From positions 235,662-299,661 of the forward strand of contig JAKAEA010000001.1 of the NCBI GenBank assembly GCA_021818465.1: a stretch of 64,000 nt of DNA, in the 5' to 3' direction. Position 1 is the stretch's first letter. Each line of letters begins with the position of its first letter. The notes under the pieces are model-generated. The model did no database searches. It had not been told where the DNA came from and saw nothing but the letters and a program-made list of their open reading frames with translations. This document shows positions 50,310 to 58,871 of this stretch, piece after piece. The position numbers and the translations under genes were made by a program. The stretch is from a bacterium (lineage in GTDB: Bacteria > Patescibacteriota > Minisyncoccia > Phycocordibacterales > JAKAEA01).

Positions 50310-51317
50310 TTATTTTTCTACTACCGTGTAGATGGCGGATGGTTCTAAACCAAGTCGCCATGCGGAAAAGCCGGCCAGACCGGCTTTTTTAATGAGCGCG
50401 ATTTTCGTAGCTATGCTGCGAGCGTTTTCGTACCAAATTGTAGTATAACCAAAACGTACAAATGATTCTGCTTCGTAACTACTATAGCCAAATTGTGCAG
50501 ACTTGGCATGCTCTTTAATACTGCGAGCTAAAGTTGTAGCGCCACCGATGCCTATGCGTCGGCCAGTGCGATTATTCCATTGCCAATAGTAGAGCGGAAT
50601 GCCGAGCGATATTTTAGCTGCCGGCACGTGGGTGAGGGCATAGGCAACAACCTTTTTAAGCCAAGGATACGCTACGACCGGTCCATGGGAAAGCGGATCG
50701 TCGTAGCTCATAATGCTTAAAAAATCGGCGCTTTTAGCTAGTGTTGTGTAATCAAACACGCCCGCCGTGCTTTGCCAAAAGCCGGCGGGGTAGTCGGCTG
50801 GTCGGTCGCTTGTGTGCGCAACGACAGCCACGCTTAAAATCAAACCGTTTGTGTGTAGTATTGTCGCAGCATTCGCGACGAACGCGGAAAATTTTTGTCG
50901 ATAGAGCGCGTTCATTGGCTCAAAATCAATCTGCCAACCCCAGTAATGTTCTTTTTTGGCTTCGGTCACGAGGGCGGCAATTGCCACGTTCTCTATGATT
51001 GGATTATCTAAGAGTGCCTCGGTTACCTGTTGACTAAATGCGCCGTTTGTTACCAAAGGCATGATGCGTATGTTGTGTGCGGCGGCAAAGACTCGAATTG
51101 CAGGACTGGTGCTACCAACGAGCGTGCCGCTTGCGGTGAATGAATACGTCTGTGGCGCAAGTACATCAATAGCATTGGCGTGGTTGAAAAAATCTTGTTG
51201 AGCCGCAGGACTTTGGCGATAGTAGAAAATACGGGTGTAGGAAGTAGCTGCATACGCATCTTGAAAAACAAAGAAGGTCCCTAGAATAAAAATGACTAAT
51301 AAACTATATTTTTTCAT
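50310..51317 (-). CDS. secreted glycoside hydrolase family 18-like protein (chitinase/peptidoglycan hydrolase-like)
   Basis: Signal peptide plus GWQIDFEP (DxxDxDxE-type catalytic motif). Its stop abuts the convergent glutaredoxin stop with zero gap. Confidence 0.6.
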   Translation of the reverse strand: MKKYSLLVIFILGTFFVFQDAYAATSYTRIFYYRQSPAAQQDFFNHANAIDVLAPQTYSFTASGTLVGSTSPAIRVFAAAHNIRIMPLVTNGAFSQQVTEALLDNPIIENVAIAALVTEAKKEHYWGWQIDFEPMNALYRQKFSAFVANAATILHTNGLILSVAVVAHTSDRPADYPAGFWQSTAGVFDYTTLAKSADFLSIMSYDDPLSHGPVVAYPWLKKVVAYALTHVPAAKISLGIPLYYWQWNNRTGRRIGIGGATTLARSIKEHAKSAQFGYSSYEAESFVRFGYTTIWYENARSIATKIALIKKAGLAGFSAWRLGLEPSAIYTVVEK

Positions 51318-51318
51318 G

Positions 51319-51390
51319 TGCCCTCGGCCAGAATCGAACTGACATCAGCTCCTTAGGACGGAGCTGTTCTATCCATTGAACTACGAGGGC
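51319..51390 (-). tRNA. tRNA-Arg (anticodon CCT)
   Basis: Acceptor GCCCTCG/CGAGGGC, anticodon stem GCTCC/GGAGC with loop GTCCTAA, T-loop TTCGATT. Confidence 0.7.
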
Positions 51391-51452
51391 AATAGCGCGA
51401 ATCAGGCTGCTGATGGCTAGACTATAGCATAATTTTTTGCTATAGTTTTTTC

Positions 51453-51698
51453 GTGACACCCGAAGAACGTCAACTTCTTGAGCGTGTGGCGACATTGACT
51501 GAGCGTAATTATAAAATGTTACGTCGGTTACATTCCTCAATGGTTTGGGGTCGGGTGCTACAAATAGCGTATTGGGTGATTATTATAGGTCTCGCATTCG
51601 GAGCATATTACGTTATTCAACCCTATATTAGTCCGCTATATACTTTATTGAACAAGATGAGTCAAATAGCCAATTTGCCATCGTTACCGAAACTGTAA
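51453..51698 (+). CDS. hypothetical small membrane protein
   Basis: GTG/TTG start directly after a T-tract. C-terminal TM helix. Weak support. Confidence 0.3.
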   Translation: MTPEERQLLERVATLTERNYKMLRRLHSSMVWGRVLQIAYWVIIIGLAFGAYYVIQPYISPLYTLLNKMSQIANLPSLPKL

Positions 51699-51702
51699 AA
51701 AT

Positions 51703-51778
51703 GCCGAGGTAGCTCAGTTGGTAGAGCATGCGCCTGAAGAGCGTGGGGTCGCCGGTTCAAGTCCGGCCCTCGGCACCA
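51703..51778 (+). tRNA. tRNA-Phe (anticodon GAA)
   Basis: GCCGAGGTAGCTCAGTTGGTAGAGC... with anticodon loop CTGAAGA and an encoded CCA. Confidence 0.85.
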
Positions 51779-51795
51779 TTGAGGAGTTAATGAGT

Positions 51796-52350
51796 TTAGC
51801 TAACAGTTTTGACGCGCAGCTTGGTTTGGCGGCGTTTGTCAATTTTGGGAAGGCGAATAGTGAGAAGACCGTGCGTTTGTGAGGCTTCAGCGCCTTCTAC
51901 GTCAACCTCTTCTGGTAGCATGATAGTTCGAGAAAAGGCGCCCCAATACAATTCTTTATGAAAATAATCCTCGTCGCTGGTTTCTTTTTGCTCTTCGCGC
52001 CGGCCGCGAACGGTAACCATATCGCGTGTGATAGAGATATCGAGGTCGTCGGGACGAACGCCGGCAACGATAGTTTTTATAACAATATCATTAGCGGTTT
52101 GGTATACGTCTACCGCGACTTGCCCTTCCTCAGCACTTTCTTCTAACCATTCGGATTCAGTTGTTGGCTCGGGCGTTGATTTGGGAGTGACTCGAACGCT
52201 CGTTGCAGGGTTGTTGATCGATCGACCACTTGAAGCACGGGGTTGCACACGTCGCGGCTCTTCTGCTGCCGGCTCAAAAGTATCCATATCATCATCAACT
52301 TTAACACTGCCAGTTAATCGTTCAAAAAAAGATCGTTTATCTTTTGCCAT
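51796..52350 (-). CDS. Hsp20/alpha-crystallin family small heat-shock protein
   Basis: C-terminal ACD (FSRTIMLPEEVDVEGAEASQTHGLLTIRLPK) and an acidic N-terminal region. Confidence 0.75.
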   Translation of the reverse strand: MAKDKRSFFERLTGSVKVDDDMDTFEPAAEEPRRVQPRASSGRSINNPATSVRVTPKSTPEPTTESEWLEESAEEGQVAVDVYQTANDIVIKTIVAGVRPDDLDISITRDMVTVRGRREEQKETSDEDYFHKELYWGAFSRTIMLPEEVDVEGAEASQTHGLLTIRLPKIDKRRQTKLRVKTVS

Positions 52351-52361
52351 AGTACATTTAA

Positions 52362-53096
52362 TTATGTGGTTTTAAGATGTTTAATTCTTTCAAAAATAAG
52401 AATGAGGGCAATGACACCAATCCAGATAAAATACAGAGAATCTATTTCTGAGCCGCCTATGCTGTATAGTATAGATAAATCAAGAGCGGCGTGCAAGACA
52501 ATAGCGGTGCATAACCCAAGTGTGGTATAGAAAGTTCGTTTGGCTGGTGGTTTATGAAAACCGAGCGCTAGAGCGTAGCCAACGGCTGCAGAGGCGATGA
52601 TGTGGATAACTGTTGCGCCAAAAAAGCGATTGATACCAAGAGCGATGGCAAGATGGAAATTGCCGTGAATAATTGGGCTGATAATAAAAAAAGCATTTTC
52701 CACGGCGGAAAAACCTAAAGCAGCGGTAATCATATACATCATGCCGTCAATAGGTTCATCGTTTTCTGCTCGCCAGAGAGTGGTAATGTAGGCCGCGGAA
52801 TATTTTATTGCTTCTTCGATAGCGGCCCACACCAGAATCGTGAGAGGAATTGTCGTGAAGATGTTGCTGGTAAGACTTTCTAAAGGTAAAGCAACAAAAA
52901 CCCCAAGCGCACCACCGATAAAAGCGTAGGTAACAAGTTTTGCTGGTTCAGGGTGCTTGTCTTCGTGTTCCCATATCCACAACCACACTAAAACTGGGCC
53001 AATACCTGCAGCAATAGCAAGTAAGGCAGATAGGGCAAGATATGACGGATAATTGTGTATGCCGTTAAGAAATTGGGCAACTAGTGGAATGGCCAT
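52362..53096 (-). CDS. PrsW-family intramembrane protease-like membrane protein
   Basis: Polytopic protein with an AAIEEAIKYS (EExxK) motif and conserved His residues in TM helices. Confidence 0.45.
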   Translation of the reverse strand: MAIPLVAQFLNGIHNYPSYLALSALLAIAAGIGPVLVWLWIWEHEDKHPEPAKLVTYAFIGGALGVFVALPLESLTSNIFTTIPLTILVWAAIEEAIKYSAAYITTLWRAENDEPIDGMMYMITAALGFSAVENAFFIISPIIHGNFHLAIALGINRFFGATVIHIIASAAVGYALALGFHKPPAKRTFYTTLGLCTAIVLHAALDLSILYSIGGSEIDSLYFIWIGVIALILIFERIKHLKTT

Positions 53097-55312
53097 GATG
53101 CTATAAGAAGAAGTTCAGGTTCAGATGTTTTTAAATTTTTTGGTAGAGATTCCCAAATTGCTTCAGTTACGAACGGCATAAAAGGGTGTAGAAACTTAAG
53201 AAGAGCAACGAGAAGGTAAGCGAGTGTCCAGCGAGCACTGTGTGCCAAGCTTTCATCGCTTTGCGCGATTGCTTTCTTGCTTTCCTCAATGATGTTGTCG
53301 GCAAAGGTATGCCAGAAATAATGATACAATTTTTCAGCAGCGAGATACAAGCGATAGTGTTCGATATCGGTGGTAATGTCTTGAGAAAAATTTTTAAATT
53401 CTTGTAGGTCGGATTCATTTTTTGCTGAAAGTTGTGGTTTAGTTTCTAAGGATACATCGGCGGTATTTTCCAAAACAAATCGTGTGGCGTTCCAAATTTT
53501 ATTGGCAAAATTTTTGTAGCCGCGGATTTTGTCCTCAGAAAGTTTACTGTCGTTACCGGGGCCGGTGCCGATCAAGAGGGAAAGACGCACGGCGTCAGCG
53601 CCGTATTTTTTCGTCATCTCTAGTGGATCAATAATATTGCCGAGTGATTTACTCATCTTGCGACCCTTGCTGTCGCGCACCAAGCCGTGCAGATAGACGG
53701 TGTGGAATGGAATAGTGTCGAGCAGATACCCACTCATTAGAATCATGCGGGCGACCCAGAAAAAAAGAATATCGTAACCAGTCTCTAGTAAACTGGTGGG
53801 GTGATAAGTTTTAAAATCCGGAGTTTGATTTGGCCAGCCAAGCGGGGAAAATGTCCAAAGACCCGAAGAAAACCAGGTATCTAAGGTGTCGGGGTCTTGT
53901 GTCCAATCATCGCCTTGTGGTGGCTCTATGTCGCAGTATATTTCCTCTTTCTTGGCGTTTGAACGATACCACACTGGAATGCGGTGGCCGAACCAAATCT
54001 GTCGCGAGATACACCAATCGTGCAAATTTTCAATCCAATTGAAGTAAATTTTTTCAAAACGCTCGGGGATAATTTTGATGCTGCCGCTCGCTACTGCTTC
54101 CCGCATAATTTTCTTAAGTGTCGTTGAAACGCCGTTGCGCGAAAACTCCTTATTGACCGCAACAAACCACTGAAGCTTTGGTAGTGGTTCTATAATACCA
54201 CCACTGCGCTCGGCAGTGGCGAGATTGTGGGTAATAGTTTCTTCTTTTTCTACAAGTTCGTTTTGCTTCAACCAATCTACAACAGCTGCGCGTGCCTCGG
54301 TAACTTTTTTGCCGGCAAGCAGGGGTGCGGGCACGGTCATTTTGCCAAATTCGTCAATGACTTGTTTCAGCGGCAGTTGGTGGCGCTGAGCAATTTCCCA
54401 GTCAGTGTGACTATGAGCCGGTGTGACACCAACAGCGCCAGTGCCGAATGCTTGATCAACTGCCGTATCAGCCACAATTTTCAAGTGGATTTTTTCACCG
54501 ACAAAATCAACATCATATTCTGTGCCGATAAATTTTTTATATTTTCCCTCTGGATGTACCGCCACGGCGGTGTCGCCGACTTTTGTCTCCGGACGGGTGG
54601 TGGCTATAGGAATAGGAAAATCTTTTGCATATTTGAACGTATAGAGTGTTGTTGAGGCCTCAGTGTACACAATTTCGTCGTCGGAAATGGTCGTTTGACC
54701 TTTGGGGTCCCAGTTGACAATGCGATAGCCACGATAGATAAGACCGTCGTCGTACATTTTCTTAAAAGCGGTACGCACGGCGCGCGAGCGCGGCTCGTCG
54801 AGGGTATAGGCCTCGCGACTCCAATCAACCGAAGCGCCCATACCGCGGATTTGGTCGGTGATGGTATCGTGACTTTCTTGGGCAAATTGGTGTACACGCT
54901 TTAAGAATTCTTCACGGCCGAGATCGTGGCGGCGAATTTTCTCTTTTTCAAGGTTTTTTTCTACGCGCGACTGGGTGGCGATGGCAGCATGATCAGTGCC
55001 AGGAAGCCAGAGAGTGCGCTTACCACGCATTCGCTCAAAACGAACCAAACTGTCTTCAATAGCGAGCATGGTGGCGTGGCCAATATGCAGTGTACCAGTG
55101 ACGTTAGGTGGTGGCAAAACTATAGAAAATATAGGCGCATCACTGCGGGTTACGCCTTTTTGCACGCACACGTCGGGATTAAAAAAACCACTGTCTAGCC
55201 AGGTTTTATATATGTTTGATTCAGTTTCTTGAGGATTGTAGGGTTTGAGAAATTTTTTCGGAATACTGGGTTGCATGAGAGAAATACTAGCAAAAAATGG
55301 CCGTTTGTGCAC
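53081..55312 (-). CDS. valS: valyl-tRNA synthetase (short form lacking C-terminal coiled coil)
   Basis: HIGH motif (PNVTGTLHIGHA), KMSKS, and editing-domain blocks. The GTG at 55312 directly follows the tsaD stop. An alternative ATG lies at 55276. Confidence 0.9.
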   Translation of the reverse strand: MHKRPFFASISLMQPSIPKKFLKPYNPQETESNIYKTWLDSGFFNPDVCVQKGVTRSDAPIFSIVLPPPNVTGTLHIGHATMLAIEDSLVRFERMRGKRTLWLPGTDHAAIATQSRVEKNLEKEKIRRHDLGREEFLKRVHQFAQESHDTITDQIRGMGASVDWSREAYTLDEPRSRAVRTAFKKMYDDGLIYRGYRIVNWDPKGQTTISDDEIVYTEASTTLYTFKYAKDFPIPIATTRPETKVGDTAVAVHPEGKYKKFIGTEYDVDFVGEKIHLKIVADTAVDQAFGTGAVGVTPAHSHTDWEIAQRHQLPLKQVIDEFGKMTVPAPLLAGKKVTEARAAVVDWLKQNELVEKEETITHNLATAERSGGIIEPLPKLQWFVAVNKEFSRNGVSTTLKKIMREAVASGSIKIIPERFEKIYFNWIENLHDWCISRQIWFGHRIPVWYRSNAKKEEIYCDIEPPQGDDWTQDPDTLDTWFSSGLWTFSPLGWPNQTPDFKTYHPTSLLETGYDILFFWVARMILMSGYLLDTIPFHTVYLHGLVRDSKGRKMSKSLGNIIDPLEMTKKYGADAVRLSLLIGTGPGNDSKLSEDKIRGYKNFANKIWNATRFVLENTADVSLETKPQLSAKNESDLQEFKNFSQDITTDIEHYRLYLAAEKLYHYFWHTFADNIIEESKKAIAQSDESLAHSARWTLAYLLVALLKFLHPFMPFVTEAIWESLPKNLKTSEPELLLIASWPFH

Positions 55313-55313
55313 T

Positions 55314-56468
55314 TTATAGTGTGAGATTACCAGCGGCTTTGATGGTTGTGGCCGGTTGGGCGCCGCTGAGGATAGAAATATACGCGGCGGCGGCGATCAT
55401 GACGGCATTGTCAGTAGAAAGCGTGACGGGGGGAATATAAAGGTTGAGGTCAGGATAATTCGCGGCAAGTTTTTCAAAAGCGTCGCGAATGTGAGCATTG
55501 GCACTGACGCCGCCGGCGATTACCAGTGTGCGCGGCTCGTACGCGGCAATAGCATGGGTGGTTTTCGTTATGAGTACGTCGGTGACGGCGTCTTCAAATT
55601 CGCGTGCCACCTGGCGGCGTACATCGTCGGTCATGTTGTCAAATTTTTTAAGCAAATAGAGCACAGCAGTCTTGAGGCCGGAAAAAGAAAAAGCAAAATC
55701 TCCGGAATCAAGCATGGGACGTGGTAGAGAAAATTGCGGGGTGCTGTTTGCGTCACGCGCTTCTTGGGCCAGACGTGAGATTGCCGGTCCGCCAGGATAC
55801 GGTACGTTGAGTAAGCGTGCCACTTTATCAAATGCTTCGCCGACGGCGTCGTCACGTGTCTGACCGACGACCTTGTGATTTTGCCAGTCTTTGGCGACGA
55901 CAAGCTCGGTGTGGCCGCCGGAAATAAGAAGCGCCAGCACAGGGAATTGAAAAGTTGTGCCGGCGGTAATCAGTGGTGAAAAAAGATGTCCGGCCATATG
56001 GTTTGTGGGATAGACGGGTATGTGCCAGATTTCGCCGAGAGCTAAAGCGAAATTAATACCAACCCAGAGTGCTGGTTCCAGACCTGGTCCAGCAGTGACG
56101 GCAATAGCGTCAATAGCCGGTCGGTCTATATCCGCACTATGTTTTAAAAGCATATCAGCTAAACCGGTTTCTCGTTCCAAAATCTTTTTTATTTTTTCTT
56201 CATTAAAATTTGATTTTTCTTTTATTTGTTCTATAGCTGCGTCATGTACAGCTTTTTTTAAAAGTGGTACAAGATTTTTTGCGTGTTCGCGTTTGGCGAG
56301 AGCGGGGAAGACACCACCATACGCCGCATGAATTTTAACTTGCGAATAGAGTGCTTGACTACGCACGTTAAACCTAACAGATTCGTGTGTTGAATCTAAT
56401 GTGCCACGTGCTTCCACAACGCTCACCGCTGTTTCATCGCAGCTCGTTTCAATACCGAGGATAATCAT
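55314..56468 (-). CDS. tsaD: tRNA N6-adenosine threonylcarbamoyltransferase
   Basis: MIILGIETSCDETAVSVV... plus the Kae1/TsaD metal-binding H-x-x-GH motif (HMAGHL). Confidence 0.85.
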   Translation of the reverse strand: MIILGIETSCDETAVSVVEARGTLDSTHESVRFNVRSQALYSQVKIHAAYGGVFPALAKREHAKNLVPLLKKAVHDAAIEQIKEKSNFNEEKIKKILERETGLADMLLKHSADIDRPAIDAIAVTAGPGLEPALWVGINFALALGEIWHIPVYPTNHMAGHLFSPLITAGTTFQFPVLALLISGGHTELVVAKDWQNHKVVGQTRDDAVGEAFDKVARLLNVPYPGGPAISRLAQEARDANSTPQFSLPRPMLDSGDFAFSFSGLKTAVLYLLKKFDNMTDDVRRQVAREFEDAVTDVLITKTTHAIAAYEPRTLVIAGGVSANAHIRDAFEKLAANYPDLNLYIPPVTLSTDNAVMIAAAAYISILSGAQPATTIKAAGNLTL

Positions 56469-56469
56469 T

Positions 56470-56545
56470 TGGTCGGGATGCCGGGATTCGAACCCGGAGT
56501 CACACGTACCCGAAACGTGTATGTTAGCCGTTACACCACATCCCG
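56470..56545 (-). tRNA. tRNA-Pro (anticodon CGG)
   Basis: The reverse complement folds with acceptor CGGGATG/CATCCCG, anticodon stem CACGT/ACGTG, loop TTCGGGT, and an encoded CCA. Confidence 0.85.
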
Positions 56546-56571
56546 TGGTCGCGCCGATTTTTTATCGTGCG

Positions 56572-56646
56572 GTGGGCGATACAGGGCTCGAACCTGTGAC
56601 CTTGTCGACGTCAACGACACGCTCTAGCCAACTGAGCTAATCGCCC
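56572..56646 (-). tRNA. tRNA-Val (anticodon GAC)
   Basis: The reverse complement is GGGCGATTAGCTCAGTTGGCTAGAGC... with anticodon stem TGTCG/CGACA and loop TTGACGT. Confidence 0.85.
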
Positions 56647-56770
56647 AATAAAAACACAATGACCTAACCAAAACAACTAATCGCCCAATAAAAACACAAT
56701 GACCTAACCAAAACAACTAATCGCCCAATAAAAACACAATGACCTAACCAAAACAGCTAATCGCCCGATA
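56637..56770. repeat. 40-bp exact tandem direct repeat, 3 full copies plus a partial fourth
   Basis: Unit CTAATCGCCCAATAAAAACACAATGACCTAACCAAAACAA starts at 56637, 56677 and 56717. A degenerate partial copy starts at 56757. The first 10-13 nt of each unit copy the 5' end of the adjacent tRNA-Val. Confidence 0.85.
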
Positions 56771-56839
56771 GAAAATGATTCTATCAGAAAAAGCGCCGGA
56801 ACTCCAGCGCTTTTTCTTGTAACCAATTAGGCAAAAAAA

Positions 56840-57202
56840 CTATTTTGTCACTGTTGTTGGTGTTGGTGTTGTGGGCGCATTATTGACAGGTACTTGATTT
56901 CCGACAGAGCGATAGTAATAAAATGGCATTGGACCATTGTTTTCTCCCATCATGCTCCAACCAAAACCATGACCCCAGCCGCCATAGCCATAGTCGCCGT
57001 AGCCCCCAAGAGCGGCGTGTAATTCACCGAGCATAAAACCACCCCAGAAAATCACGATCGCTAAAATAATAGCCACAATGATACGAATAATAAAGAAACC
57101 GTGCCATTTCCCCCATCGGTTGCCGCAATATGCGCAGTAACCATTTTTATTAGTGCATGCAACGCACTTACATCCTTCCGGATGATTAGTATTTGCTTCC
57201 AT
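56840..57202 (-). CDS. hypothetical membrane protein with N-terminal Cys-rich (zinc-ribbon-like) segment and Gly/aromatic-rich tail
   Basis: CKCVAC...CAYCG, one TM helix, and GGYGDYGYGGWGHGFGW. Confidence 0.4.
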   Translation of the reverse strand: MEANTNHPEGCKCVACTNKNGYCAYCGNRWGKWHGFFIIRIIVAIILAIVIFWGGFMLGELHAALGGYGDYGYGGWGHGFGWSMMGENNGPMPFYYYRSVGNQVPVNNAPTTPTPTTVTK

Positions 57203-57279
57203 AGATAGTATGAGTTTAATTTTTTAACTTCGACGTTCTTTAGTATAGCAAATCAAAAAAAGTTTTGTTGCCGAGGTGT

Positions 57280-57537
57280 TTATGGTTTTGTTGGGTGAGC
57301 GATTTTATTATATACCCAAGAGATGAGTACACCAGTAATAAAGCCATCAATAAAAGCCCAAATAGCGCCAATGATTGCGCCGGCAATTGAGGCGCTGTAA
57401 CCGATGTATAGTGATGAGAGAGCAGTTACGAGTGAGTTGCCCCAACCAGCCATTGCAACCAATCCTAAAAAGAACACATACAGGGCTCCCAGTACGCCAA
57501 TGGCGATGCCGAGAGCGAATGGTTGGCATTTGTTCAT
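57280..57537 (-). CDS. hypothetical small membrane protein (85 aa, 3 TM, Gly/Ala-rich)
   Basis: Hydrophobic GxxxG-rich helices. No family recognised. Confidence 0.4.
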   Translation of the reverse strand: MNKCQPFALGIAIGVLGALYVFFLGLVAMAGWGNSLVTALSSLYIGYSASIAGAIIGAIWAFIDGFITGVLISWVYNKIAHPTKP

Positions 57538-57616
57538 TATTTTTTACTACATTAGTTTTATATAATAGTCGACACGATTATTATATACTAATCCATTTTA
57601 TTAGCGTTTCGGGCAT

Positions 57617-57706
57617 TGGCGGATGGGGAGGGATTTGAACCCTCGAGACCCTTTCGGGCCTGCCGCGTTTCGAGTGCGGTGCCTTCGACCACTCAGCCAC
57701 CCATCC
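57617..57706 (-). tRNA. tRNA-Ser (anticodon CGA), long variable arm
   Basis: The reverse complement is GGATGGGTGGCTGAGTGG... with anticodon loop CTCGAAA, a long variable arm, T-arm GAGGG-TTCAAAT-CCCTC, and an encoded CCA. Confidence 0.65.
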
Positions 57707-57788
57707 ATCGCTGGAGTGTTTAGATACTAGCACGTATGGCTTTTTTAGCAAAAAATGGTATGCTTTTTCAGCAGTCTTTCCGATTTTT

Positions 57789-57863
57789 GGCCTCATCGTC
57801 TAGTCTGGTCTAGGACACGGGCTTTTCAAGCCTGGAACTCGGGTTCAAATCCCGATGAGGTCA
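57789..57863 (+). tRNA. tRNA-Glu (anticodon TTC)
   Basis: GGCCTCATCGTCTAG...GGAC resembles the tRNA-Glu D-arm. Anticodon loop TTTTCAA, T-arm TCGGG-TTCAAAT-CCCGA. Confidence 0.75.
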
Positions 57864-57878
57864 CATTCAAAAACGTAT

Positions 57879-58805
57879 CTAGTGGTGTAGTTTTGTGTAG
57901 AGGTAGAGATCTTCTAAGGCTTTGACGGCGTCGCCGGCGGCAATATTATTTTGGTGGAAGAGGCCATCGGTGCAGTCGCCAGCAGCCCAGATACCAGCAA
58001 CAGAAGTGCGTTGTGTACGTGGGTCAACAACGATACGATTGAATGTATCTAATGTGACAAGATCTTTGACGAAAGTGGTGTTGGGCACGAGACCAATCTC
58101 TACAAAAACGCCGCGCACGGGAAGCTGTATAGGTGTGTCACTGCCTTTTATTTGATACGTGATACCCGTCACCAAATTATTACCTGTAATTTCTGTAATG
58201 TCAGCATTCTCAATATTGTGAAAGTGAGGATTGGCTTTGATGCGTTCTACGGTCACCGCGTCGGCGCGAATGGGGCCGTGGGTGATAAGGGTGACACTTT
58301 TACAATACGCCAAGAGCTGGGCGGCTGATTCCATACCGGCATTACCACCGCCAACCACCGCAACATCTAAGCCACTAAATAATAAACCATCGCAGGAGGC
58401 GCAGTAGGTAACACCCTTGTTTTCAAATTGAGCAGCCCCGGGAACTTCAAGTTTGCGGCGGCTGGATCCGGCAGCAATAAGAATAGTTTTGCCCAGGAAA
58501 ACATCTTTGCCGGTGACAACTTCAAATATGTCGTCAGTTTTTTTATGAATAGCAGAAACCCAAAGACCTTCACGAATATCTAGCCACTCGCCTTTGTACG
58601 ATTCAAGATGCTCTTTAAAACGCTGGGCGAGATCGCTACCAGAAAGACTCGGAGTACCAATCCAATTTTGGATATTTTCGGAAACATTGCTTTGGCCGCC
58701 CCACTCCTTGGTTATAAAAAGAGTGCGTAGGCGCTTGCGAGCAGCATAAATGCCGGCAGCTACACCGCCAGGTCCACCGCCAATAATAATGGTGTCATAT
58801 ATCAT
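57879..58805 (-). CDS. trxB: thioredoxin-disulfide reductase
   Basis: FAD site GGGPGG, redox-active CASC, and NADPH site GGGNAG. The ATG at 58805 (MIYDTIIIGGG) is preferred over the upstream TTG at 58844. Confidence 0.85.
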   Translation of the reverse strand: MIYDTIIIGGGPGGVAAGIYAARKRLRTLFITKEWGGQSNVSENIQNWIGTPSLSGSDLAQRFKEHLESYKGEWLDIREGLWVSAIHKKTDDIFEVVTGKDVFLGKTILIAAGSSRRKLEVPGAAQFENKGVTYCASCDGLLFSGLDVAVVGGGNAGMESAAQLLAYCKSVTLITHGPIRADAVTVERIKANPHFHNIENADITEITGNNLVTGITYQIKGSDTPIQLPVRGVFVEIGLVPNTTFVKDLVTLDTFNRIVVDPRTQRTSVAGIWAAGDCTDGLFHQNNIAAGDAVKALEDLYLYTKLHH

Positions 58806-58871
58806 AGGGTAAACATTATAACAAACGTTTGAATGTTTACACAAGAAGAAAAAGAGTTTTTCGAATTACGA

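Noticed and set aside
51424-51455. Hairpin CTATAGC-N10-GCTATAG plus T-tract as a + strand terminator
   Set aside because: Nothing is transcribed on the + strand upstream of it; the adjacent tRNA and GH18 are on the minus strand. It may instead be part of the promoter/5' region of the small ORF at 51453, or a minus-strand element. Function unresolved.
56637-56770. Possible CRISPR array next to tRNA genes
   Set aside because: The 40-bp units are identical along their whole length with no unique spacers. There are no cas genes. It is a plain tandem repeat.
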